Source: Polyangiaceae bacterium (GTDB lineage Bacteria > Myxococcota_A > Polyangia > Polyangiales > Polyangiaceae). From it: a stretch of DNA of 17,574 nt. The stretch's first letter is position 1, and each line of letters opens with the position of its first letter. Shown piece after piece: positions 1 to 7,073 of the stretch. The stretch spans positions 1 through 17,574 of the forward strand of contig JBGANF010000153.1 of assembly GCA_044222475.1 (NCBI GenBank). Reading direction: 5' to 3'. Below the pieces are notes generated by a model that did not search any database, was not told the DNA's origin, and saw nothing but the letters and a program-made list of their open reading frames with translations. Position numbers and translations under genes: made by a program.

Positions 1-159
1 GCTGCCGCCGCTGCCGCCGCCGTAGGGTGGAGAGCGGTGAGTTTGGAGAGCCAATGCTGGGTGGCTTCGCTCAGGTCGGCACGACTGCCGGACTCAGAGC
101 GGAGAGAGAGGGCGAGAAAGAGAGGGAGGTGCCCCCCTCGTCGACATCCGAGGAGCTCA

Positions 160-274
160 ACCGCCGTGCTCGGCCGCGTGCTCAGATTTCGCAGCGCGCT
201 CGATGCAATCGATACCAAACTGGGATGATGATAGCGCTGCGAAATCTTGCGCGCGCTGGCCTGCGCGCGGCGGT
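160..274. repeat. Long imperfect inverted repeat (hairpin)
   Basis: Perfect 14-bp arms AGATTTCGCAGCGC (184-197) and GCGCTGCGAAATCT (234-247). Pairing extends outward to 160/274 with G-T pairs, two mismatches and three bulges. Confidence 0.8.
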
Positions 275-320
275 AGCCCCCCCAAAGCTGCGCCGCAGGA
301 GCGGCGCAGCAGGGGGGGCT
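273..320 (+). repeat. GTAG-tagged palindrome (REP-like hairpin)
   Basis: GTAG at 273-276. AGCCCCCCC (275-283) pairs with GGGGGGGCT (312-320). GCTGCGCCGC (287-296) pairs with GCGGCGCAGC (301-310) around an AGGA loop. The hairpin is seen directly; the REP label is inference. Confidence 0.6.
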
Positions 321-531
321 GATACGCGCTGCACCCATGGCAGCTGCGCCCGATGAGCGTGATTTTGGACGGCCCCGTACTCGCCGACATCCGCTACGTC
401 GCGACCCACCCACTTCATCGCTCGACACGCTTCGTGATCCCCGACGGGGGACAGCAATCGTGCGTGCCCCACATCGCTCCCCGGTCTTCGGTGCCGAACC
501 GACGCGGCGCCGGCGATCGTCCTTGCATGCG

Positions 532-684
532 CTCCTTCGGGCACGCGGGTGTGCGCGCCTTCGCTACGCGAAACAACCGCGCCGCGGGTCCATGGCTCGG
601 AAGGCAAACGTCGCGACGCGCGGGGCCGCGGCACGGTTGTTTCGCTGGACGCTTCGAGCGCGCACACCCGCGCGCCCGAAGGAG
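532..684. repeat. Two-stem ~150-nt inverted repeat covering the RBS of the DUF559 gene
   Basis: Outer arms 532-558 and 658-684 match 26/27; inner arms 568-587 and 626-645 match 19/20. The right arm ends in AAGGAG (679-684), 8 nt before ATG 693. Confidence 0.85.
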
Positions 685-692
685 ACACCCCC

Positions 693-1079
693 ATGAAGAA
701 CATCCCCTCAGCACCCCGCATCAGCCCGTACCGCAACCAACACCAGCTCGCCTACGCGCGAAGCATGCGGCGCAATCCTACGCGCAGCGAAGCAGCGCTC
801 TTTGCGCAGTTGAGACGCGGCGCATACGGCTTCAAGGTCAAACGCCAGGTCGTCATCGGCGTGCACATCGTCGACCTGCTCGTCGCGTCCGTCGGGCTCG
901 TCATCGAAATCGACGGCTCGGCCCACTACGGGCAAGCACACAACGACGCCTACCGCCAGCGGGAGCTCGAGTTCCTCGGCTTCGAGGTCGTGCGGTTCTC
1001 GGCGCGGGAGGTCGTCGCCGATTCTGCAGCCGTCGCTCGGCGCGTCGCGGAGATCGTCCGCGCCAAGCGCGCGGCGTAG
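693..1079 (+). CDS. DUF559 family endonuclease (Vsr-like, PD-(D/E)XK superfamily)
   Basis: 128 aa with ARSMRRNPTRSEAALFAQLR, KRQVVIG.HIVD, LVIEIDGSAH and D..RQRELEFLGFEVVRF. AAGGAG RBS before ATG 693. Confidence 0.9.
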   Translation: MKNIPSAPRISPYRNQHQLAYARSMRRNPTRSEAALFAQLRRGAYGFKVKRQVVIGVHIVDLLVASVGLVIEIDGSAHYGQAHNDAYRQRELEFLGFEVVRFSAREVVADSAAVARRVAEIVRAKRAA

Positions 1080-1200
1080 TCGTCGGGCCGGGCGGCGTCC
1101 TCCTCGGGGCGCCGCGCGGCGCGATCGTCGTATCTCGAAACTCAAGGAGCGAGCATCGGACGGCCCCGGGTGGTTGACCGACTGAGCGCGGATGAACTGC

Positions 1201-1626
1201 CTACTGACCCAGCTGCGCCTCGAGGAACGCCTCGAACGAGTCGGCGACCTGCACCACATCTCCCACATCATGATCGGACATCCAGACTCGGCCGGACGCG
1301 TCGACACCGACGGGGTTGCCTCGACCCTCCATGGAGACCACGTACCAATCCTTGACCGCAGGCCACCCCTGGCGACGAAAGTGCTCCGTGACGTCCGTCA
1401 CGGACCACAGCTTGCCCATGTCGTCCGCCTTCACGACGCCGAAGATCGGGTCGCTCCCGACGATCGCGCCGCCGATCTCTCGAAGAAATGCCCGGTACCC
1501 CGGTGAGAACGTACAGGCCAATCGCGATTCCGCCGCGGCAATGGACGCCTCGTCCCCTCCACCAGCCGCGATCGAGGTCGGGTGTCTCCGCAACTCGCTT
1601 CGAACCACGTCCCAATCGATTGACAT
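1201..1626 (-). CDS. SMI1/KNR4 (SUKH) family immunity protein
   Basis: DEASIAAAESRLACTFSPGYRAFLREIGG, VSMEGRGNPVGVD and VADSFEAFL match SUKH motifs. Alternative start at 1686 gives an ATGA overlap with the upstream stop codon. Confidence 0.85.
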   Translation of the reverse strand: MSIDWDVVRSELRRHPTSIAAGGGDEASIAAAESRLACTFSPGYRAFLREIGGAIVGSDPIFGVVKADDMGKLWSVTDVTEHFRRQGWPAVKDWYVVSMEGRGNPVGVDASGRVWMSDHDVGDVVQVADSFEAFLEAQLGQ

Positions 1627-1682
1627 ACTAGGTCCGCGGTTCCGTTGAGGCCGACGGCTGAGCCACCCAGCGAGCCGCGTCG

Positions 1683-2090
1683 TCATGCATCGGATACGTC
1701 ACTGCGTTCCGTCCACATCGCAACGTCATGATGGTTGAATGCGCCGAAGAACCCACCGTCGGTTGTCATCAGGTAAAACTCGAAGCCGTGCGTGTCCGAG
1801 AGAAGAGTAGCAAGGTCCGCGCCGGACTCGACCTTCAGCACGACAGGGTCCTCACGAAGATCAAAGAACACCAGACAGCGTCGGGCGCCAACGCGAGCGC
1901 AGAGTGTCCTCCACCCGTCTTGCGCGTGAACCGAGTGAGCGAACTTGGTGCGAGCCCACATGGGGTCGTCCGCATCACCGTGAGACGGGAGCCGCAACCT
2001 CACCTGCCGCGATTCGTCCGCGCGGGCGACCGCGCAGACAATTCCAAGGCGACTGGCCGATAGCAGAATCTCAGAGGATGGAGCGAGCAT
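1683..2090 (-). CDS. Putative toxin immunity protein, DUF6756-like
   Basis: 135 aa from ATG 2090; C-terminal LL.DTHGFEFYLMT...FFGAFNHHD resembles DUF6756 as recalled. It starts 10 nt after the toxin-fragment stop codon. Confidence 0.65.
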   Translation of the reverse strand: MLAPSSEILLSASRLGIVCAVARADESRQVRLRLPSHGDADDPMWARTKFAHSVHAQDGWRTLCARVGARRCLVFFDLREDPVVLKVESGADLATLLSDTHGFEFYLMTTDGGFFGAFNHHDVAMWTERSDVSDA

Positions 2091-2100
2091 TGGCAACGAC

Positions 2101-2292
2101 CTATCGGTGGTAGGGAACTGTATCGAGGAGAATGTGACCACGCACAGCTCCGCCCTCCCCTCGCTTTCCACCGGACTGGAAACCGACATGGGGAACCTGG
2201 GGGCCGTTGTGTTCGTGACCTTGATCGACGTTGACCTCGGCACCGTTCGGTGCGCGCCACTCAACGGGAAACGACTTTCGCGCATAGGCAAA
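2101..2292 (-). pseudogene. Orphan C-terminal fragment of a polymorphic toxin, Ntox47-like predicted RNase
   Basis: Manual translation of 2277->2101 gives KSFPVEWRAPNGAEVNVDQGHEHNGPQVPHVGFQSGGKRGEGGAVRGHILLDTVPYHR*. An in-frame TGA lies at 2295-2293 and no start codon precedes the domain. Confidence 0.75.
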
Positions 2293-2492
2293 TCAAGGCC
2301 GGCTTCGAGGCGGGCCAGCGTCGGTGCGGGAGCTGCGAGCACGAAGCATGGTCGCACGGAATGAAGGGAACCGCAGGGTGAACCCGTGGCAAACCGGCGC
2401 CAAACCGGCGGTTTTCGCAGGCGAGACACAGCGCGAACCAATCCACCGTCGCCAGGACCCTCTGCGATTGCACGCTCCGGACCAGCGGAGGA

Positions 2493-3161
2493 CTACACCA
2501 GCTCCGCAACGGGCAGCTTCGCAGATCCATGCGCTTCCCGCTGTTGCTTGAACCGCTCCTCCAGCGCATGGATGGAAAGTAGGCGCGCCTCGGCATCGCG
2601 ACGCCAGACGGCGACACTCCCGATGCTGGTCACGACACTAGGAGGCCAGCTTTGCATCGCGGTCGAAGCTTCTTCGAGAACCGAGCGCGCATCGCCGTGA
2701 CGGCCGAGCCACGTGAAGATCGCGATCATGTCCTCGTAGAGGTGATGGTTCATCGAATTGGCTGGGGTCGCCAAGTCCCGTCGATATTCGGCGACCACCG
2801 AGTCCACTGAAACTGGGCCCGCCAACGGAAGCGTAGACTGCCGTTCGAGTCGTGACGCTGCGTCGAGGTACCGGCTCGCGTGAAGTCTGACGGTGATGCC
2901 GTCGGGAGCCCGTGTGCGCTCGGTCAGGAGCGGTCGCGCGAGCGTCAGCGTGATGCACGAGAACTCGTTGGCGAGGCAGTGAACGTGCGACATGGGAAGG
3001 TACCGATCGTTCGAACGTCCTCGCTCGAGCGCGATGCCTTGCAGCATGGGGCCCACCAGCCGAAGTAGATGCATCGGACGGTGCACGCCTAGCCCGCCAA
3101 ACCGGTCAGCCCAGTCCCTGGTGATCGACCGCTTCTTCGACGGCGTCAGCAGTTCGCCCAC
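2493..3161 (-). CDS. Hypothetical protein, candidate immunity protein (222 aa)
   Basis: GTG start with GGTGAGGT RBS; globular composition; co-oriented within the immunity array. No family recognised with certainty. Confidence 0.7.
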   Translation of the reverse strand: MGELLTPSKKRSITRDWADRFGGLGVHRPMHLLRLVGPMLQGIALERGRSNDRYLPMSHVHCLANEFSCITLTLARPLLTERTRAPDGITVRLHASRYLDAASRLERQSTLPLAGPVSVDSVVAEYRRDLATPANSMNHHLYEDMIAIFTWLGRHGDARSVLEEASTAMQSWPPSVVTSIGSVAVWRRDAEARLLSIHALEERFKQQREAHGSAKLPVAELV

Positions 3162-3269
3162 GGGCTGACCTCACCACGCTCGCCTTGCGCCTGAATGCGT
3201 GCCATTTCGGGGCCCTCCATCGGTGCACCATCCCGTGGCGCGCGACGTTCGCGTTCTGACGAACCAAAG

Positions 3270-3485
3270 CTACTTGGCAAGGTCACGCTCGGCCCTCTCC
3301 AACACGTCGATGAGCCAGCGGATTGGCACTTCAATCGCGGCTTTTGCATGCGGGTGGACGCGCATGACGAGCACGCCGGATGGGTCGCGGGCGACGGTCG
3401 CGTGGCAGCTGCCGTCCTCGAGCAGTTCGACCGATAGATTGAAGTCATGATTGGCGTCATTCACCACCTGAGCCGACCACACCAT
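3270..3485 (-). CDS. Small hypothetical protein, candidate immunity protein (71 aa)
   Basis: ATG with GGTGAGGTG RBS; beta-rich pattern ending in an amphipathic helix (WLIDVLERAERDL); co-oriented in the array. Confidence 0.65.
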   Translation of the reverse strand: MVWSAQVVNDANHDFNLSVELLEDGSCHATVARDPSGVLVMRVHPHAKAAIEVPIRWLIDVLERAERDLAK

Positions 3486-3535
3486 CTATCACCTCACCGT
3501 ACGTCACGGCATGCCGCCGGAAGAACCAGCCGCCA

Positions 3536-3949
3536 CTACTCTGCTTTCAGTCGCAGGAAGAACTCGTGGACGCCAACGCCAAGCGAGCGCAGGCCCTCCT
3601 GCTCGTCCGCGTGGTCACTCGCCAAAAAGAACACGGTGCCCTTTCCCGACACGCACTCGACGAAGAAGTAGTCCCCTCCACCGTCCGAAGCGAAGGGGAA
3701 GTAGCCCGCTGGGGCAAGCCCGCCGTCGAGCACGAGATCCTGATACACATCGACCGCGGTACGTCGTCCGCGTGACGACTTCAAGGGCAAGAAGCGGGTG
3801 ACGACGGTGTCGACGGCGTGGGTTCGCCGCCGTTCGACCGCAGGTACTCAGCCTTCAGCTCCGGCGGCAGAGAAAGACGCAGGCGCCGCTCCACCTCCCG
3901 AAGATCGGACTCGGTCAGCGCAATTGTCTGGATCGACGAATTTCGGCAT
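3536..3949 (-). pseudogene. Frameshifted SMI1/KNR4 (SUKH) family gene
   Basis: Three frames join: MPKFVDPD, shift near 3924, IALTESDLREVERRLRLSLPPELKAEYLRSNGGEP, shift near 3815, DTVVTRFLPLK...YFPFASDGGGDYFFVEC...VHEFFLRLKAE*. Confidence 0.85.
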
Positions 3950-4125
3950 GCACCGAGCTTGATTGTACTTCTTCTCGTGCCTGGCTCGTCCTGCTCGAGG
4001 TGGCGCGGCGCCGGCACCAAGTGGCGCGCGCCACCGGTCGGACTGCGTTTCGTACGGGAAATCCGCAGGCATCGCGCGTGCAATCTCTCGTGCCCATGCG
4101 TTCGTCCACGGCTAAGATTTCGCGC

Positions 4126-4845
4126 ATGGCCCCCAAGGTCGGCAAGCTCCGCCATCTTCCGGTCGACGAGCGCGTGCTCTTTCCGTCGTCACATCCGGAG
4201 TGGGAGATGCCCAAGTCAGGCCGCCACGGTGAGCTCTGCGAGCTCTTGAAGCTCATCCTTCGTGCCGCCGTCGGTAAGGGCAGCACGGTCGGAAAGGACC
4301 ACTTCATCTACTACGACCGCAAGGAGCCACGCCGGTGCCTCGCTCCCGACGCGTTCGTCAAGCTCGGCGTCCCGCATCACCTCGTCGAGTCGTGGAAGAC
4401 CTGGCAGCTCGGCGTCCCCGAGCTGTGCATCGAGATCCTGAGCCCGAGCGACACGGAGGAGAAGCTCACGTTTCGCGAGAAGCTCCGTCGCTACCACGCC
4501 CTCCAGCCGCGCGAGCTCGTCGTCTTTCGCGCCGACGGCAAACCCGGTCGCCGGCTGCGCGCGTGTGACCGCACCAAGGGCACGCTCGTCGAGCGCATCG
4601 TCTCCAAGGAGCGCACTCCGTGCCGCACGCTCGGCGGTTCCTTCGTCGTCCGCGAAGACCCCGAGCTCGGCCCCGCGCTGCGCCTCGTCGATCGAGACGG
4701 CAACCTGGTGCTCACCGACATCGAGCGAGAGGCGTCCCTTCGTCGCAACGCCGAGGCGCGTGAGTCCGAGCTTCGCGCCTCCGCCCACGCTCGGGAGGCC
4801 GAGCTCCTCGCCGAGATCGCCCGGCTGAAACGGCGGAAGCCCTGA
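4126..4845 (+). CDS. Uma2 family (PD-(D/E)XK) endonuclease with C-terminal coiled coil
   Basis: MPKSGRH, CLAPDAFV, SWKTWQLGVPELCIEILSPSD, KLRRYHAL and an E/A/R-rich tail. TAAGAT lies 7 nt before ATG 4126. Confidence 0.9.
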   Translation: MAPKVGKLRHLPVDERVLFPSSHPEWEMPKSGRHGELCELLKLILRAAVGKGSTVGKDHFIYYDRKEPRRCLAPDAFVKLGVPHHLVESWKTWQLGVPELCIEILSPSDTEEKLTFREKLRRYHALQPRELVVFRADGKPGRRLRACDRTKGTLVERIVSKERTPCRTLGGSFVVREDPELGPALRLVDRDGNLVLTDIEREASLRRNAEARESELRASAHAREAELLAEIARLKRRKP

Positions 4846-4912
4846 CGGCAGAGGGAACATCCCGCCCCTCCCCACCGTAGTTGGGCGAGCGATCTGCGGT
4901 ATGCTGCCGGTC

Positions 4913-5974
4913 GTGCGCCTCGCCCACATGCACCGACGACTCCTTCCCCTCCTCGCCGTCGCCCTCGCGCTGACCGGCGGGACCGGGTGCCGAAAGATCC
5001 TCACCGGCCTCCTCAAGAAGGACGCCGGCGCCGCCACTCCCACCGCGACCGTCGCCACGACCGCCACGACCGCCGCGCCGACCTCCACCGGACCGGTCGA
5101 CCTCAGCAGCGATCCGACGCTCGCGCGGAACCTCAGCCAGCACGAGAAGGACTGCACCGCGGGCGACTTCGCAGCCTGCAACTCCGCTGGCGCCGACTAC
5201 GAGGAAGGCCACGGCACCAAGAAGGACTACGCCCAGGCGCAGAGCTTCTACAAGAAGGCGTGCGACGGGAAGAACCCGAGCGGGTGCTCGAACCTCGGCG
5301 TCCTCTACTCGACCGGCCGCGGCGTCCCCAAGGACGAGGTGAAGGCCGTCGCCCTCTACAAACAAGGGTGCGACGGCGGCTCCAACGCCGGCTGCGACAA
5401 CCTCGGCATGGACTACCGCGACGGCGTGGGCGGACTCCCCCACGACGACGTGAAGGCCGTCGGGCTCTTCACCAAAGCGTGCGACAAGTCGTACGCCCCC
5501 GCGTGCACCAACGAGGGCTACATGTACTCGAAGGGCCTCGGCGTCCGCAAAGACGGCCCTCGCGCCGTGTCGCTGTACCAGAAGGCGTGCGACGGCGACG
5601 ACGGACAGGGCTGCTCGAACCTCGGCGTGCGGTACCAAAATGGTACCGACGTCGTCCAGAGCGCGCGCCGCGCGGCGACGCTGTACGAGAAAGCGTGCGA
5701 CAAAGGCGCGGCCGACGGCTGCGTGTACCTGGGCTCGCTCTACGAAGACGGAAGCGGCGTCAGCCTCGACTTCGCGAAGGCCGCGAAGCTCTACGAGCAG
5801 GGCTGCGACGACGGCAAGATGCTCGGCTGCTCCAACCTCGCGCGGCTGTACGAAAACGGGACCGGCGTCGCCCGCGACTTCAGCAAGGCGAAGGGGCTCT
5901 ACAAACAAGCGTGCGACGGGGGCGACTCGGCGGCGTGCACCAGCTACGCCACGCTCGCTCGAAAGGGATTCTAG
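4913..5974 (+). CDS. Cys-rich Sel1-like repeat lipoprotein, paralog 1
   Basis: Seven ~36-aa repeats (GCxNLGxxYxxGxGVxxDxxKAxxLYxKACD), signal peptide ending TGC, Thr/Ala linker. Start is GTG 4913 or ATG 4928. Confidence 0.92.
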   Translation: MRLAHMHRRLLPLLAVALALTGGTGCRKILTGLLKKDAGAATPTATVATTATTAAPTSTGPVDLSSDPTLARNLSQHEKDCTAGDFAACNSAGADYEEGHGTKKDYAQAQSFYKKACDGKNPSGCSNLGVLYSTGRGVPKDEVKAVALYKQGCDGGSNAGCDNLGMDYRDGVGGLPHDDVKAVGLFTKACDKSYAPACTNEGYMYSKGLGVRKDGPRAVSLYQKACDGDDGQGCSNLGVRYQNGTDVVQSARRAATLYEKACDKGAADGCVYLGSLYEDGSGVSLDFAKAAKLYEQGCDDGKMLGCSNLARLYENGTGVARDFSKAKGLYKQACDGGDSAACTSYATLARKGF

Positions 5975-7036
5975 ATGCGACTTGGAAGGCCCCTCGCCCT
6001 CGCGCTCGTCGCGCTCGCCGCGGTCTCGTCAGCGACCGGCTGCAAGAAGTTCATCAGCAGCATGCGACCGCACGGCTCGCGCGACGCCGGCGCTCCGATC
6101 GTCGCCGTGACGACCCCGACCGCGACGACGACGTCGACCGTCCCCTCGCTGAGCGGCTCGGCCGAGGCCGAGGCCGCAGACAAGCGGGCGATGACCCTGA
6201 ACGAGACGGGCTGCCTCGGCGGCAACGCCGGCAAGTGCAACGACCTCGGGATCAACTACGAGCTCGGCCACGGGACCCCGGTCGACTACGCGACCGCGGG
6301 CAAGTACTACAAGCAGGCCTGCGACTCGGGGAAGAGCGCCGAAGGCTGCGCCAACCTCGGCGCCCTCTACGACGACGGCAAGGGCTTCACCACCGACAAG
6401 GTGAAGGCGTCCGCGCTCTATCAGCAGGCGTGCGACCAAGGCTCGACGCGCGGGTGCAACCACCTCGGGCTCCACTACCTTTACGCCCAAGGCGGGCGCA
6501 CCCAAGACAACGCCAAAGCCGTCGCGCTGTTCTCCAAAGCGTGCGACAAGAAGGACGCCTGGGCATGTACCAACTTGGGATACATGTACTGGAAGGGCCT
6601 GGGCGTGAAGAAGGACTTCGTGAAGTGCGTCTCCCTGTACCAAACGGGGTGCTCCGGCGGCGATCCGAGCGGCTGCTACAACCTCGGCATCCAGCAGGAG
6701 GTCGGCGAAGGCACCGCGCTCGACCCGTTCACCGCGTCGCTCTCGTACGACAAGGCGTGCAACGGCGGCTCGATGAGCGGGTGCGTCGCGCTCGGCAAGC
6801 TCTACGAGAAGGGCAGCGGCGTGGTGATGAACACGTCCAAAGCGGCGGCCCTGTACGAGAAGGGCTGCAACGGCGGCAAGCCGAACGGGTGCGCCAACGC
6901 CGGGCGCCTGTACGAGAACGGGATCGGCGTCGCCCGCGACCTCACGAAGGCCAAGGGCTTCTACAAGCTCGCGTGCGACGGGTCCGACGCGGACTCGTGC
7001 ACGAACTACGGAAACCTGGCGCGGCGCGGGTACTGA
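5975..7036 (+). CDS. Cys-rich Sel1-like repeat lipoprotein, paralog 2
   Basis: Same architecture: seven repeats, ATGC lipobox-like site, Thr linker. ATG directly follows the TAG of paralog 1. Confidence 0.92.
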   Translation: MRLGRPLALALVALAAVSSATGCKKFISSMRPHGSRDAGAPIVAVTTPTATTTSTVPSLSGSAEAEAADKRAMTLNETGCLGGNAGKCNDLGINYELGHGTPVDYATAGKYYKQACDSGKSAEGCANLGALYDDGKGFTTDKVKASALYQQACDQGSTRGCNHLGLHYLYAQGGRTQDNAKAVALFSKACDKKDAWACTNLGYMYWKGLGVKKDFVKCVSLYQTGCSGGDPSGCYNLGIQQEVGEGTALDPFTASLSYDKACNGGSMSGCVALGKLYEKGSGVVMNTSKAAALYEKGCNGGKPNGCANAGRLYENGIGVARDLTKAKGFYKLACDGSDADSCTNYGNLARRGY

Positions 7037-7073
7037 CTAAACCGTTCGCCAGAACGCTGATACGGTGGTCTCG

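Noticed and set aside
1..25. Possible 3' end of an upstream gene (LPPLPPP*)
   Set aside because: Too little sequence to support a call.
1683..2441. 252-aa extended version of the DUF6756-like gene
   Set aside because: The extension overlaps the toxin fragment encoded in another frame; ATG 2090 fits better.
3146..3270. Possible second toxin remnant (MARIQAQGERGEVSPWANC) before the 222-aa gene
   Set aside because: Too short to assign without a profile search.
3950..4072. Possible toxin tail upstream of the SUKH pseudogene
   Set aside because: No recognisable nuclease motif in any minus-strand frame.
1080..4125. Integron attC sites or shared cassette-boundary repeats in the array spacers
   Set aside because: No common motif found by eye. 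The 11-bp matches (GGAGCGAGCAT at 1146 and 2080; GGACGGCCCCG at 367 and 1158) are short enough to be chance in GC-rich DNA.
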